Shown: piece by piece, positions 12,491-26,129 of the stretch
Layout: every line of letters begins with the position of its first letter
Numbering within the stretch: the first letter of the stretch is position 1
Assembly: GCF_009834535.1 (NCBI RefSeq)
Contig: NC_045696.1
Span: 34,908,001 to 34,972,000, forward strand
Length of the DNA: 64,000 nucleotides
Source of the DNA: Camelus ferus
Taxonomy: Eukaryota
Reading direction: 5' to 3'
Position numbers and translations under genes: made by a program
Notes under the pieces: model-generated
Databases searched by the model: none
Seen by the model: the letters and a program-made list of their open reading frames with translations, nothing else
What the model was told of the DNA's origin: nothing

Positions 12491-14948
12491 TTGTAATTTT
12501 TGCAAACTTGTTTATAAAAAATTATTTTTATTTATTTAACTATATTTATCAAATTTAGGTATCAAGGCTATACAGCCTCTCATAAATGAGCTCTGTTTTC
12601 TGCAAAAAATATGCATATATGTACCTGTACATATATATGTACATATATACATAATTATTTGTTCTTTGAAAGTTTAGTAAAACTTTCATATAAAATTGTC
12701 TTGTTCTTATTTTGTTTGTCTAGAGGTGGACAGGATATGAGAACATTTTATTTAGCATTTCAGTATTTTTGAATGTTACTTATCTATTTCATTTTTAAAT
12801 ATTTTAGCTATGTCAGTATATAGGAGTATTAATTTTATCACTTTCAAACTTTTAGGATATTTTTCATTATATTCCCCAAACATCTATGTTTCTGTGTATC
12901 TCTCTGTCTTCCTGTTTATTCATCCATCCATACACACATTTTTTATTATTTTCTCTAATGAACATATTTTTTTGTTTTTTGAAAACATCAGAAGCATAAT
13001 TTGAATTATCAAGTGAAGTTATAGCCATTTTGACTTTTTATTTTAAATATATTTTTACTTTAAAATATATATTAAGCTTCATACAAAAGGTACATAAGAT
13101 GCTTTAAAATATTTTGGACATTGACTCTTATTTTCTAGTGACTTTTTCATGGGAAAAGTTGTGACTTAAGAACTTTGACAAGCGTTATAATGAGCATTGT
13201 TCCTTCATCCATATGCAGTTGATGCATATTTAGTTTCTCTCATAAGTGCACAAGAGAATTAGGCAAGTTGGTAATTCATGTGATCTTGAACATTCAATTA
13301 AAATATGCATATGTCAAAATACACTACACTGTTAATCTCAATGTCATTATTTAGTTCTCATTGGCCTCACTGGATACAAACTGAGTAACTCACATGAAGA
13401 ATTTTCAATTAAATAGAACTCAGACAGTATAAACAATGGGTATTTTGACATCAGAAGCATTACTTTATAAAAGATTCTTTCAAAATCTTTGCAATGCAAC
13501 CTTCTAATCAATTCTTAAAAAACAAGAAGCAAAATTATTATATTCATAGTTTTTAAGAGAAAAATATGTATTAACTCATCTGAAAAATGTCTGGGCTCCT
13601 CATTGATACAAAAGATGACAGCTATTAAAGCCATATCAATATGTTAATAAATCACTGCCTTAAATATTTACATGCAAAAATATAATTATAAGCTAAGTAA
13701 TTTATTCCAAGGAAAATTTCCCTAAAACGAAATGTATACTAGGAGACAAATATCTAAATACACATACTCTTTAAAAACCAGCTTAAAATATTCACTGGGT
13801 TGAGAAATAAAATATGAAAATAACTTTTCTTCTATTGGAAGTTCACTTTGGTTAGTATTATTATAATTTTTGTAAAACATTTTTAATATTCCTTTCACAG
13901 ACAGCAGTGACTTTTCTTTGGCTTTAGGAGTTAAGATGTTTTCACCATTCTGAGCTCTTCTCTTGTTTCAGGTACTTTAGATATTGCTTGATTGAATTAT
14001 GATTGATTATTTGACAGACAAAAATTAAAATAGGAGATTGAAAATTAGTCAGACACCAGCAGGAGAAATAAAAATTTCTCAAATGAAGTCTGATTTCTAT
14101 TCTTTTAGATATAACTGAGCCAGCTAAGTTGGATAAGTAGATATTTTAACTTGCCTGCTTAGACCACAAAACTTTCATGTAATGGTGAGGATCTGAACTG
14201 ATAATTTGACTCATAGATTTCTATAAGTATTCCAACATGGGAGACTAAACAGACCCAATAGGAGACGTGATTTTAATTGAACTGGAAATTTAATTTTTAA
14301 AGCAAAAAACTTAAGGGAAAGTTTGTTATTATATTAAAAGAGAGCAATTCTTCCTTAAAATATTGTACTTTGGAGACACAAACCTTATAACAGCATGCAT
14401 TCAAGGATTTTATGTGATACTCATGAATCTGTAATATTCTATAAAAGTTCTCACAGCAAGGAAACCTTAAAAGAAAGCGAACATATGGAAAACTATATTA
14501 GAAAATGGTTGAGTGATTTACTTTCTCAAAATGCTCTTAGGTGAATACATCTATACAAAAGTAGCGACTGGCAATAGCAGTTCCATTTCTTTTAAATTTG
14601 TGGAGTCTACTGCTATTAATTGTACATTACATCTGGTGGGCAAGTTAAGTAACCCTTTTAAAGTCCTTTTGGAGATCCCCTTTTTACTAGCCTGCTGTAA
14701 AATTTACTTATTCAATATCCTTTCTTTACTGAATGGTTTTTAAAAAACCATGTGGTTTTTCTCTCCATAAAGCTGACTGAATCTGCCATAAGATCTCATG
14801 CATCATAATCTTTAAGAAATCCTGACCATCTCTAAAAATAAGAAGAATCATAGCACCACTTTTCAGTAATATTGCCATTCTAAATATTAGTGCTTTGACA
14901 CATTTCATACTATAACCAAAAATAACTGGATACAAAACTCACTCTTAC

Positions 14949-14963
14949 CTGCACATCGCTAGC
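14949..14963 (-). CDS. Candidate 15-nt microexon of an unidentified gene (ASDVQ in phase 0, or LAMC in phase 2)
   Basis: Minus strand: cttgcttcttattttcaaag|GCTAGCGATGTGCAG|gtaagagt; length divisible by 3; strong donor. Confidence 0.35.
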
Positions 14964-15453
14964 CTTTGAAAATAAGAAGCAAGTGGCCCACTAGGTCCAA
15001 GTTTCCAAATAGAAAAGTAACATAGTCTAAAATTATCATAACTAATGATTATCACATGGCATAACTTTATAAGAGAGATAGTTGTAAGCATGATTAGCAT
15101 TAAAACACAACAGCCCTTGATGGTGTTAGAAGAGCTAATACCTCTAAAACATATGTTAAAATTAATTTGGTTTATACAAATGCTCATTTCATACTACCAG
15201 GAAAATCTTTCATGTTATGATCTGGGCCAGGAAAACATGATGTAACTACTGATATGATTAGATGTGTAGGTACAATTCAGAATTGATGCTCTTTGACTTT
15301 TTCACAAAGGTAAATATTAATGGCAATAATGAATTCATGAATTGATGTCATTTTGAATATTTCATAGCTCACTAAACACTTAAATCTATGCATCAAAATT
15401 AGCTAAATAAATGCCTGTATTTCTTCAAGTTTTCCAGGAAATTTCCAGATTAT

Positions 15454-15507
15454 TCATTTCTGGGTACTTGATGATTTTCTATGCTGAGTGCTTTTCTTCA
15501 TATTGTC
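15454..15507 (-). other. Candidate 3' splice acceptor and possible terminal exon start
   Basis: Minus strand: 53-nt pure pyrimidine tract (15515-15567), then gctttag|GACAATATGAAG...; reads GQYEEKHSA* (phase 1) or DNMKKSTQHRKSSSTQK* (phase 0). Confidence 0.25.
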
Positions 15508-15644
15508 CTAAAGCAAAAAAAAAAAAAAAAAAAAAAAGGAGAAAGAAAAAAAGAAAAGAAAAAAAAATTCTAGATAAAGGAGAATGTGTGAAATTTTGTT
15601 AGAGTTTAGCTGTTGGCTGATACAGAATTTGCTGAGATGAGCTG

Positions 15645-16042
15645 TGTGGTGGTTAATGTATGTGTCAGCTTGGCTGGGCCATAGTGGCCACATATGTAGT
15701 CAAACATTCTGGATGTTTCTGTGAGGGTGTTTTTCAGATAAGATTAACATTTAAATCAGTGGGCTTTGAGTATAGTAGATTGCCTCCCATAATATGTGTG
15801 GATCTCATCCAAACAGTTGAAGGCCTGAACAGAACAAGGACTGACCTCCCTGAACAAGAGGAAATTCTCCTATTACACCAGCTCGTCCCAGGTCTCCAGG
15901 CAGCTGGTCCACCCTGCGGATTTTAGAGTTGCTAGCTTCCATAACTGTATGAGCCAATTCCTTAAAATAAATCTCTTTCTCTCTCTATATATATATATGC
16001 ATCCTATGGGTTCTGTTTCTTTGGAGAACCATGACTGATAAA
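15645..16042 (+). mobile_element. MLT2-type (ERVL) solo LTR
   Basis: Starts 'tgtggtggttaatgtatgtgtcagcttggctggg', ends 'ttctgtttctttggagaaccatgactgata'; near-TSD agctg (15640-15644) / agcta (16043-16047). Confidence 0.9.
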
Positions 16043-18479
16043 AGCTACAAATTGGCCACTTGGAGTTTTCTGCCCTGGGAAGCCACTTTGATTCTGGATG
16101 TTCCAAACATTTTAAGCTCTGTAAGAAGGAGCTTCCAGGCACCCTTCTTTGGGGGCCTTCCTTGGAGGCTGTAAGTAGTCTGAGGTCATAGTTGATTTGT
16201 TATGCACGTTTTGGCTAAAATGATGATTTAAAAGCTAGAGACCTGCATTTTCTTTTGCTTCCTTGATATCGCTTACCCTCATCCATTGACGTCCAGCCAC
16301 ATGGCAGGCATTCTTTTAGCTCCTCCTCTCACTTGCCTGAACAGCTTTGTGGGCAAATTCAAATGCCATGGGGGAATCAGATAGGCAATATCAATGAGTG
16401 TAGATGCTCAGTACATGTATATTACAGTAAAAAATATACTTACTCCATGTATCTTGAAATATGTGACCCTCTACTTCTATCTAGTGCTTTCTCTTTTTTA
16501 AGAGACGGAGGTATTGATAAAAATTGCCTTTTCTAAGAGAAACAAAAATGTAAACATTATGATAAAAGGCAAGTGACTTTGACCTCAAGTGAGACAATAG
16601 GGCTGGTGGATAGTATGGGAAACTAGAAATATCCTGCAATTTGAAAACTCATCTGTAACTCTTTTTAAATGTTAGCTTAAATTTATAAAAGCCTCAATTA
16701 TGTAAAAAAATTACTTTCCTCAACTATTCACAAGCTTTTGCACTTTATATTTTATCAAATTACTTACATCATATCTTGAAATTAACAGTAATGCATCATA
16801 TTGTCACAAGGCTTTGAGTAATGCAGCTGTATCAGGTGGAACTTGGGGACTTTAATTACCCATTGGATTTTTCAGCAAACTGAAGCAAACCCAGATTATT
16901 TTACTCAGTTTTCTCTTGCAGAGGTGACATGGACATTCGTAGTTTTATGACAGGTTTATTCCTTATCTCCAGCATTTTATTTTCATCTAGCATGAATGCC
17001 TTTTTAAAAACTTAAATCTGCCCTTAATTTGCAAATAAATAATTTCAGGCACTTTTCAAAGATTTGGTATACCAAAACTATAAAATTGTGATTCCAATAA
17101 ATATTTTCTATTGATAAATGTCTAAAATATTTCCAGTCCATACAGTCTTATTTAAGGGAAAAAAACCCCTGTCTATTATGACCTATTATTTTGTCCTTTT
17201 AAATAATTTAATTTATAAAATTGCACTTTAGCCTGTCTACATTGAAAGATATCTTAAGAACTAAGTTTTTTCAAATGTTTTATTGCATCAATGGTGGGGA
17301 TGTTATTAATGATATTTACAAAGGCTCATTTGAGAATTATCTAAATAACACAGTCTAGGAAAATCTTTTTTTGTTGTTGTTTTTCCTCCTTCGTTCCTTT
17401 TTTCTTTCCTTCCTTTCTTCTTAGTATTTTTTTCTGTAGCAATTCATTTGTGTTTATCTTCTGAACACTGCTGATCATGTATTTCTTCCCTGCACTGGTA
17501 GTTGGAAAGCTCAAAGCCAAATTTGTATCTTGCCATAGGAAATGTATTCTCAGAATGAAACTACATAAATGTTTTCTACCATTTTCTGGTAGTTTAAGTT
17601 TTCCATTTTTTTTCATTGTGGAATATATGCATAGATATATATCTTTTTAGAATATCCCAAACCTTAGGAAAAGGTAAGTTATGAATTGGGGTCACACACT
17701 CGGTGCCCACAGATAGAAGGGACATCAATGTACGGAACACCAGCAGTACAAGAAAATGAGGAGAGAAAGGCCCCATTAACTGAAGGGTCCTTTCTTATCC
17801 AAAGTTATTCAAATTCAAATTATTTCAAAATACTATATTACAACTCCAAACCAACCAACAAATGACATCCCTGAGGCAAATTACAACAGTGGAAGCATGT
17901 AATACTTTCCTTAAAATGTGTGACAACAGGTAGAAAACTAGCTACAACACATAAATATGTAAACAGATAAACAAGTAAACTATTAATTCTAAAATATCTT
18001 GAAATTTATGCCTCTTTCCTCTAATTCTTTCCTTTCCATTACAATTTTTACCATCCAGTAAAAATTACAATAATTATATATCACAAATAAAATAATCTTC
18101 AACTGTTCTCACTATCATTAGCCTCTAATTTATCTAATTCTTTCTATACCTTAATTTCAGTTCCTTTTATGCTAAGCATCACATGTACAAAAAAGAAACT
18201 TCTTGGAATTTCATTACAAATTTGTTTCTGCAGCAGTGCTCTGTGATGTCAGCCATTATGTCTTGCTTGCCTCTTTCCTTTGTTTTAAACTCCACATCCA
18301 ATCATCACCGTATCTTTTCTGCCTTTTGTTTGAAATATATTCAGAATCAACTCTGCTGTCTGTTACCTGGACCACTGCAGTAGCATCCTAACTTGTCTCT
18401 CTATCTCCTGCTTCCTGCTTCCTACTTCCTTCCAATGTATTCTCCAGTAGCAGCCAGGAGTGGCCAGAATTGTCACTTT

Positions 18480-19070
18480 TCAGAAGATTTTATTTTAAAA
18501 AGATAAAATACTTACCCTACTCCAAATGGAGAAAATTAAAAAGGACATATAGTGAAAAGCTGATCTCTCAGTGACCTAGTTCCTGCTCCTCTCCCAGCAG
18601 ATAGATCTTTTTAGATCTTATGTGTTATACAAAATTTATTTTTTGAATTTACTGGCAAATGTAAATTCTTGTGTATTTTATTTATTTATTTTTTACAGTA
18701 TCATACTAGATGGAATTGAACCTGTACTTTAGAGAGATTTTCCTATTACTGCATGTGATGCACCTTTTTTTTTAATAGCTGCCTTGTGGTTGTAATATAC
18801 ATTACATATCTCTTCCTTTACTGATATATGTTTAGTATGTTTTCACAACTGCTATTACAAATAATGCTAAAACCTGCAATATCTATAGCATAAAAAATCC
18901 TGATTGCTGCCTCAAAGGGTATTATCATCTAAAATTTTCATGGATATGGTCAAGTTGGCCTCCATAGGGGTGATACCGATTTCCCCTCAGTATGGGATGA
19001 GGGTGCCTGTTTTCCCACACACTTATCAAAAACGTGCTATCACATTTTTGGATTGCTGCTATGTGATGCC
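18480..19070 (-). mobile_element. Old L1 (L1ME-like) 3' end
   Basis: 'gctattacaaataatgct', 'gattgctg..tcaaagggtat', 'gtatgggatgagggtgcctgttttcccacac'. Confidence 0.65.
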
Positions 19071-19489
19071 TCACAGAGCATTTTTTAGATAGTAGGTGCT
19101 TAATAGTGTTTTTTGGACTAAATTGATAGATACACCTGTTAAGATTTGCTTCAGACAGGACAGGTTCCTGTTAGATTATTAACTTTATGTATTTTCTATC
19201 TACTTTCAATGAATAAAGAGTACACTGGGAGTGTAAATAAAAACAAAATGTGTAAATTAATGGGGAAGACAGATTATTTCAACTACAGATGGTTCTGATA
19301 ATAGAAATACCCTGAATAGACTCAGGCTTATTTTTTTATTATCAGAATTGAAAGAAAACTAAATCAAGAATGACTTTAATCCATTTTATTCTGACCAATA
19401 GCAGCAATGAAAAGATTATGGATGTGGGGACAGAAAGGCCTGGCTTTCTTTCTAAGCAAACTAATTTACCAAACAATAACAATTAATAT

Positions 19490-19640
19490 TTGTAAATGTG
19501 TATTAAGTTCCAGTGACTAAGCTAAGTTCTTTCCAATTTTTATCATATGTATCTTTACAATAATCATACCAAGCAGGTGATATTAAATCCATTTTGCAGA
19601 TGTAGAAACTGACTCTTAGAGTGATTAAGTCACTAAGTTT
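19490..19640 (-). mobile_element. MIR SINE
   Basis: MIR core 'tccattttgcagatgtagaaactgactcttagagtgattaagtcact'. Confidence 0.8.
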
Positions 19641-21764
19641 TCACAAAAACTAAAACTATATTTATATTTCCTTCATAGTTCAGGAAAGTCAAAACATTCA
19701 AGCTTTCATAATTCATTATTTAGCTATTATAGTTATTGCATTTTTTCTTCCTATGACACATGATATTTTACAAAATTTTGATTGAATGTCAAACTTATTT
19801 GATAGCATATATGCCCAAGAGTTGCCTAGTTTTCCATTTGGTAAATCTAAAGAGAAATGCAGTTATCAGGCTGAACCCACCTTCATTTACATTACTTCAA
19901 CAGGTAGAATAAATTGTGTGTTTCAAATTTCCTGTTTTATAGAAAGGAAAAATGATCTGGCAGGTGATGTGGATTTACATTTCTTTTGTGTATGTGTGTG
20001 TTCACTGGGAGATAATTATATTTTCATCTGATCCTTTTCAGTATAACTATTCCTACCTTATAATATGCTATGCTTTTCTATTATTTATTTTGTGGTAATT
20101 TAATACAAGTTGTTACTAGGTTTTAGTCTGGGAAGAGTCCCAAAACTTCACATTTCATATCTAGCAAAGGCATTGACTTAATATGTAACTCCCTCATTTT
20201 TCAATCTTTTTAAGCTTTCCTATTCAAAAGATACCATCTTGACCAAACATGAACTGTAAGAACTAAACACTCTTCCACACTTTTAGAAATATTTATAGAC
20301 CTGTTTATTTTGAAAAATATGCCCTTTCATGATAATTTGTTACACGTACAGAAGTCATATTAAAGAAAATAAATTTTTTTTGTTCTATGGACAATCTTTT
20401 CATATCATTAGTTTATAGATTTAATATACAAATAATTTTGAAGTGGTTGACAAAATCTATCTGAATATTGCAAATAGTAGAAATCTAAGTAATACCGAAT
20501 GTAACTGGAATGCTCGGAGAAAAATATATTAAAGTAGGAATTTGGTTTAAATATTAAATTTCATAAGTGTTCCTTTCATTCTTTTAAGATTTTTCTACCC
20601 ACCTGTGTTTGGGGATATGGGGATATCCACACTTTTACAAGAATGGGAGGATTGCCTTCTATTTGTGTGATATTACAGCTGTAATTAAAGCCATTTCCTG
20701 AAAAGCTATAGCTTCTAGTATAAACCACACTATTTCCCCCAATCCTTTTCCACCTCCCCCTCCTCCTTCCTCTTCTAGTGAAATTAGTTTTGTTTTGTTT
20801 TTTTAAATCCAGTGCAGTCTTGAAGGAAAATGAGAAAAGGAAGTGTTTTCATCAGGCCAGCCTGCAGCCTGAGAGGTCTGTAAGAAAGATGGCGGGAGCC
20901 AGTACTCTTCTGTGTCCTAATGCCCGGCAGCATGGAGGAGCCCCCCTCCAAAGGTGACTCTTTTCCCTTGCTATCTCCAAAGAGTAGTTTCGACTGCCTT
21001 GGCACTTCCAGCTTACTTTCATGCTTCCTGCTGTAAATAACAAGAAGCCACTGGCATTTTGGCAAGCCTGTGAAAGACTTTTATGAATATTTATAAGACA
21101 ATGGGACCAGACATTCTACAAAACTGTATGTCAGGTTTAAAAATCATTTCACAAAATTATTGCAGTGCTTGATATTCTGTAAGACTTTTAGATTCTGTAG
21201 GAATTTAAAATAGAAAGATTGATTTTCCATGGTATTCATAAGTTCATTTGTGGTAAATTAATCCTGTTTTTAAAGATGTAGTTAATGTCATTCTTCAACA
21301 GAAGTCAAAACATCCTCATGCTCTCATCATATGTGCTTCCATGAATACTGACGCTGTTAACATTCTGGATTTTTAGAGAAACACTGTATCTGTTTCTTCA
21401 TAGAAAAGTAAGAATCTTTATATAAATTCAGGAAATCTGGTTATCCCTTACATATTGATTTTTTTTTAAACTTAACCTATGTTGGAACATTCTTAGTGCA
21501 TTATAAGAAAGGAGTCATATGAATCAAAAAAGAATGCTTATACAGTAAAAGTAATATAAAAAAGCTAAGATAAATAAAAACAAAACTACATTTTAATATT
21601 CCCAAAGGGACACTACAAGCTTCTTAAACATGCATTAAAATTATCTACTAAACATAATTACTTTCAGAAATTTCTGACTGAATCTCTTTCTTTTGTTCTT
21701 TTTTTTTTCTTTCTTCCTTTCTTTGTTTTGTTTTTGTTTTTGTTTTAAATAACAATGTACTTTC

Positions 21765-22343
21765 AGGTCAGATTCAGTTTTGTGAGGCCTAGGCTGATAC
21801 AATTTTGTGGGGTAGGTATTAACAAGGAAGAATATAAAATATCTCTTTTCATATGATGTCGTTTAGATGTGGAATCTAAAAAAAAAGATATAAATTTTAT
21901 TTACAAACCAGAAATAGACCTATGGACATAGAAAATAAACTGTGGTTACCAGGGGGGAGTTTGGGGGGAGGATTGAGAAGTTTGGGATTAACAGATACAC
22001 ATTACTATATATAAAACAGATAAACAACAAAGACCTACTGTATAGCACAGGGAGCTATATTCAATTTCTTATAAAGAGCTGTAATGGAAAAGAACCTAAA
22101 AAAAAAAATTTGTATATGTGTAACTGAATTGCTCTGCTGTACACATGAAACTAACATTGTAAACTGACTACACTTGAATACAAAATAAGAATTAAAAACA
22201 TAAAATATCTCATTTGCAAAATTCCAAACCCATGTGACCGTGTGAATACCTTGCTAAGATCCTCCCAGTCTTGGAAGGGGCCCAGGACAGCGTGAGGCTG
22301 TGAAGTTTCAGCATCTTTTGCTTCTCAGTAAATTTGAGTCTTG
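21765..22343. mobile_element. hAT-type MITE (MER53-like) split by an L1 3' end
   Basis: Reverse complement of 22212-22343 resembles the recalled 'atttac..tgaagc...gggccccttccaag...ttcacatggtca' MITE; the other arm lies at ~21765-21830; family name tentative. Confidence 0.5.
21846..22196 (+). mobile_element. 5'-truncated L1 3' end (cetartiodactyl type) with TSD
   Basis: 'tttgggattaacagatacacattactatatataaaacagataaacaacaaagacctactgtatagcacagggagctatattcaa'; TSD aatataaaatatctc (21831-21845) / aacataaaatatctc (22197-22211). Confidence 0.9.
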
Positions 22344-22429
22344 TTAGAAAGAAGATCTTAGATCATTCATAGAAGCCCTCTTTCTAACTGGCCCCCAGAA
22401 GATTATACCAACCCACACACCCTGGTACC

Positions 22430-22985
22430 CAGGCAAAGGGTGTCAGAACTCATTTCCCTAGATTTGCCAACCTGCTTATACTCACAGCTTTAAATCTTTA
22501 ATAATTTGACAATTGAAGAGGAACATCTCATTGCCTAACTGGTACCATAGTGGGGCTTAATCAGTTACTACCGGTGGAGATAAGGCACTGGTCTTAGCGT
22601 CAGCCAGGTAAGTTTTCATAAAGGAAGTCCATGTTGTTCAGCCCATGGCCCCATAGTTACTTTTCTTCATGTGGTAATTGGGCAAGTGCTGGGAAGGCTG
22701 GGGAAAGAGACTGGCAGACATCCATGGAGCTTGTCCTTTTTTCTGCCTGTTGACTTAGACCCTCCTCTGAGGTAGATGCCATTTAGAACACAGGCACAAA
22801 TACCTTCATAGTTTATGTCCACTGAGAGTTCCACCCACATATGTCTTCCCCAGACTTTTCTGTTACCAATATTCGAATCCTGTTTCTTTCAAGTCTTAGA
22901 TCATCCAGCCAACAGTTAATAACTGCCAATGAATCAATGTTGAACTGTACTTCTGACCATTTCTAACCCCAGACAAAATGGTCAA
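22430..22985 (-). mobile_element. ERVL pol remnant (RNase H to integrase zinc-finger region), frameshifted
   Basis: Minus-strand peptides WSEVQFNIDSLAV, KVWGRHMWVELS and PWAEQHGLP follow, in order, recalled ERVL Pol WPDVRLYTDSWAV, EIWGRGMWMDLS and AWAQQHGLP. Confidence 0.85.
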
Positions 22986-25900
22986 CCAAACGTTATCAAC
23001 AAAACAGTTGTTGGAACCAGGGATGGGGACTGATAATAAAACTTGCTGAAGAGTGAGAATCTTTGGATTTCTGTTATACCTATTGTTGGCAGCTATGACA
23101 TTGGAGCAAGAAGAGAGGAATCACACCAGAAGCAGAAAAAGAAGACCTTTCCTCCGTTCCTCCACTTCCTTTTGCTGAAGTATTGGGTCAGCTTGCCAAG
23201 GAGAAGTGCTTCCAGAGCCCAGTTCAACTTTTGCCTGGCAGAACAATGAATGTATACGTAGAGCTTAGAAGCAATCATTTAATACCTGACACAAGTACAT
23301 GATCTCACTTTATCCTCATAATACAGCTGAATATTTGTCAATATTAATTTTTCAAGTCTAAATTGACTTTTTATGTCAATTTGGAAATGATAATAGTATT
23401 CACAAAGTAAAGATAATAGTTGATTATATAAAATCACTAAAGTCTGTATGTTGAAAAAAAGACAGTCAGTAGATGGGGAACACAGATCCATAGCAAGTAC
23501 TACAAAAGGGAGGTTAAATCTATCATCAAATAGAATATTTTATTCATTTAGATAAGAAATTAATTCCTCAATATGTAAATGAGCATAATTCAAACTAGAA
23601 AATTCACAATCAGAAATAAAACTTGTAAGAGGGCACCACTGAAGATATGAATTTAAACAATAATAAAGTGTCGTATTTGCCCATGTAACTGGACTAATTG
23701 GTCATCGATCCCTTCACTGCCCCACATTTCTACCATACATCATCAGACAAGAGACTATGACCAACACAAAAACTTGAGAGTTCTTACTAGGATTTGCAAA
23801 GCAGAGTCTTTCTTCTCATAAAAAAGAGCAAACTTTGAAAAGTTATAGAGGGCTTTTGTGTTTTCTAGTAGTCCTCAAAAAGTAGCAAAAATCCAGAAAC
23901 ATTTTGGCTTAAGAGTGGGACTCACTGATGCTATTAGAAAGGAATGCATCTTGCTAATCACAAAGCAGTTAAAGAAATGCAACTCTCATTTCTCAATATG
24001 AGATTAGCCTCTCCACTTACTTGGAGTGATATCTTTATTTTATACATGCAGGTATATTTAATCCAATAGGTACAATATTTTCAGTCTTGTATGCAGTTCT
24101 CAAAGGCAAGATTATTACAGAAGAAATCAATCTCATGTAGAATATTCCACTATTCTCCCTAAAATTTGGAAACTTGGGGTGTTAGAATTACTAACTACTG
24201 CCCCTTCCTCAGCACAAATTTGCAAGAGTTTGATAGAATTTATATGTCAGTGTTTATTGTCTAATAGTTTTATTCTCCTCTATCGGCTTTCACATTCTTA
24301 AAAACAACAGTAAGTAGTGGGTTTAGAGATCAAGATGGCAATAAAAGGACAAAAATTTTGAGAAGCCCCAGAGTAGGTGAGATCTAAAAAGTGGGACTGA
24401 GGAGCCCAGAAGGCTGAGTTCTGGAAGGAAAGAGAAAGAAGCAGACTTGTTGGCTGGAGGCTGAGAATGGAGACTACTGGACTTTTGAAAAAGAAAAATT
24501 GTGTGTTTTGTTAGTAAATTCCCCCTTCCAGCTTCCTTATAGAACTCAAGGTAAATCTCCATCGATTGTAACTGCTCTTACAAAGTGAAACTTTCTTTGG
24601 GAGGAGCCAGAACATAAGGACTTAGTCTGTGTAAGGGTTATACCAAATAAGAGGCTTTTAATTCTTATAGAGAGAAAATCAATTGTTCCCAAGTCCTACC
24701 CAGAAATGTTGGGGAAATGCACACAGTTCCTCTGTTTGCAGAAGCTCTAAAATTATGAATTGGCTTGAGTGTCCCTTTGTCTTTGTCTCCTGCTCCCTGT
24801 CCTGGGACTCTGGGGGAAGGTGAAAGAGAAGAAAAGAAAAAAGAAAAAGACAAGACAGGGAGGGGAGAGAAAGAAAGGACATTAATGAATGAGATCAAAA
24901 GTCCAACATTCATGTTGGGAAAAAAGATAAAAAAGGGAAAAGTAAGAGCCAAAATAATTCATTGTTTATAATGTCGGTATGAGGTATTTATTTTAAAATG
25001 TGGATTAACCTTTTAAGTCAGGTGTCACTCTCAATACACATCCATGGACATGCACTCCCATTATTGGGAGGATATGGTCCTGATAATTTGCAAAAAGGTG
25101 ACTGTGAAGGTTATGTCTTTGACTGACAGCTGCAGATTGGTTTGTCTGTAGTAATACCGTCTCTGAGTAAAAGACAGCTAGCAGCTGTCCCTCCCCACTC
25201 TGGCTGCTCCATTAGTGTCACTGGCCTCCCCAGGGTTTTGTAACCTTTACCTTGTGTGTTTATGGATACAATTTTATTTCTTCTATAACATTTTTAGAAC
25301 CAACTGGCCATGTTTTCTTAGTTGCTTTCTCCTAGTGTCTCTTCCTCCTGAAAATTCTCAGAAAGCTTTGATAATTAAACCAGTAGTAAGGAATACAATC
25401 TAATATTGCTAGATTTCACTAATTAAATATCAAGAGCATTCGGATAGTGCCCTAAAAAATAAAATATTCATTTAACAATCCATGGCCTAATTTTCACTAA
25501 ATTTAAAACTAGATATTTAAAAACCACTTTATTCATAATTTGAAATAATATATTTATCTTCAAATTATTTTTTAAATCTCTTAAAATATTACAAATTATT
25601 TTTAAAAAGGAATAAATTTATTATTGGACATTGAATTATGTACTGTGTAGTATAAATAAAAATATCAGCTTATTTAAATTGTGTGAGACAGAAAATGCTA
25701 ACTCAAACATTACATATATTTAAGGAAATATCCAGTTTTTCTAGGAGAACTCTATTATTTTTTACATAGTTCATGTAATTCTTGGGTGATTTTTACTTGG
25801 GGGGTCAACATATCAGGCACTGAAAGAGAAGCTTACTTGAATTCTGTAGACATGACCTTGGCACTGCCAGTGATTTCCAACTCAAGTCAAGTCACTATAC

Positions 25901-26129
25901 TCATTTTGATCTTGGCAGCTTTTCTTGTAATAAATCTCACATTATTACTAAGACAGTTAAGGGGGAAAAATCCCTAGCATAGCTCTAGGCATATATTAGG
26001 TACTAAATTAAAAAAAGTTGAATATGACTAAATTATTATTCAGCAAATGATGACAAAATTCTTGCATAGTGGAATTTTCACTCCTATAAAGAAAATCTAG
26101 AAATATTTTAGCCACTGAGATGCTAGTGT

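Noticed and set aside
15411..15602. Lys/Arg-rich ORF resembling a nuclear localisation signal
   Set aside because: Translation of an A-rich run
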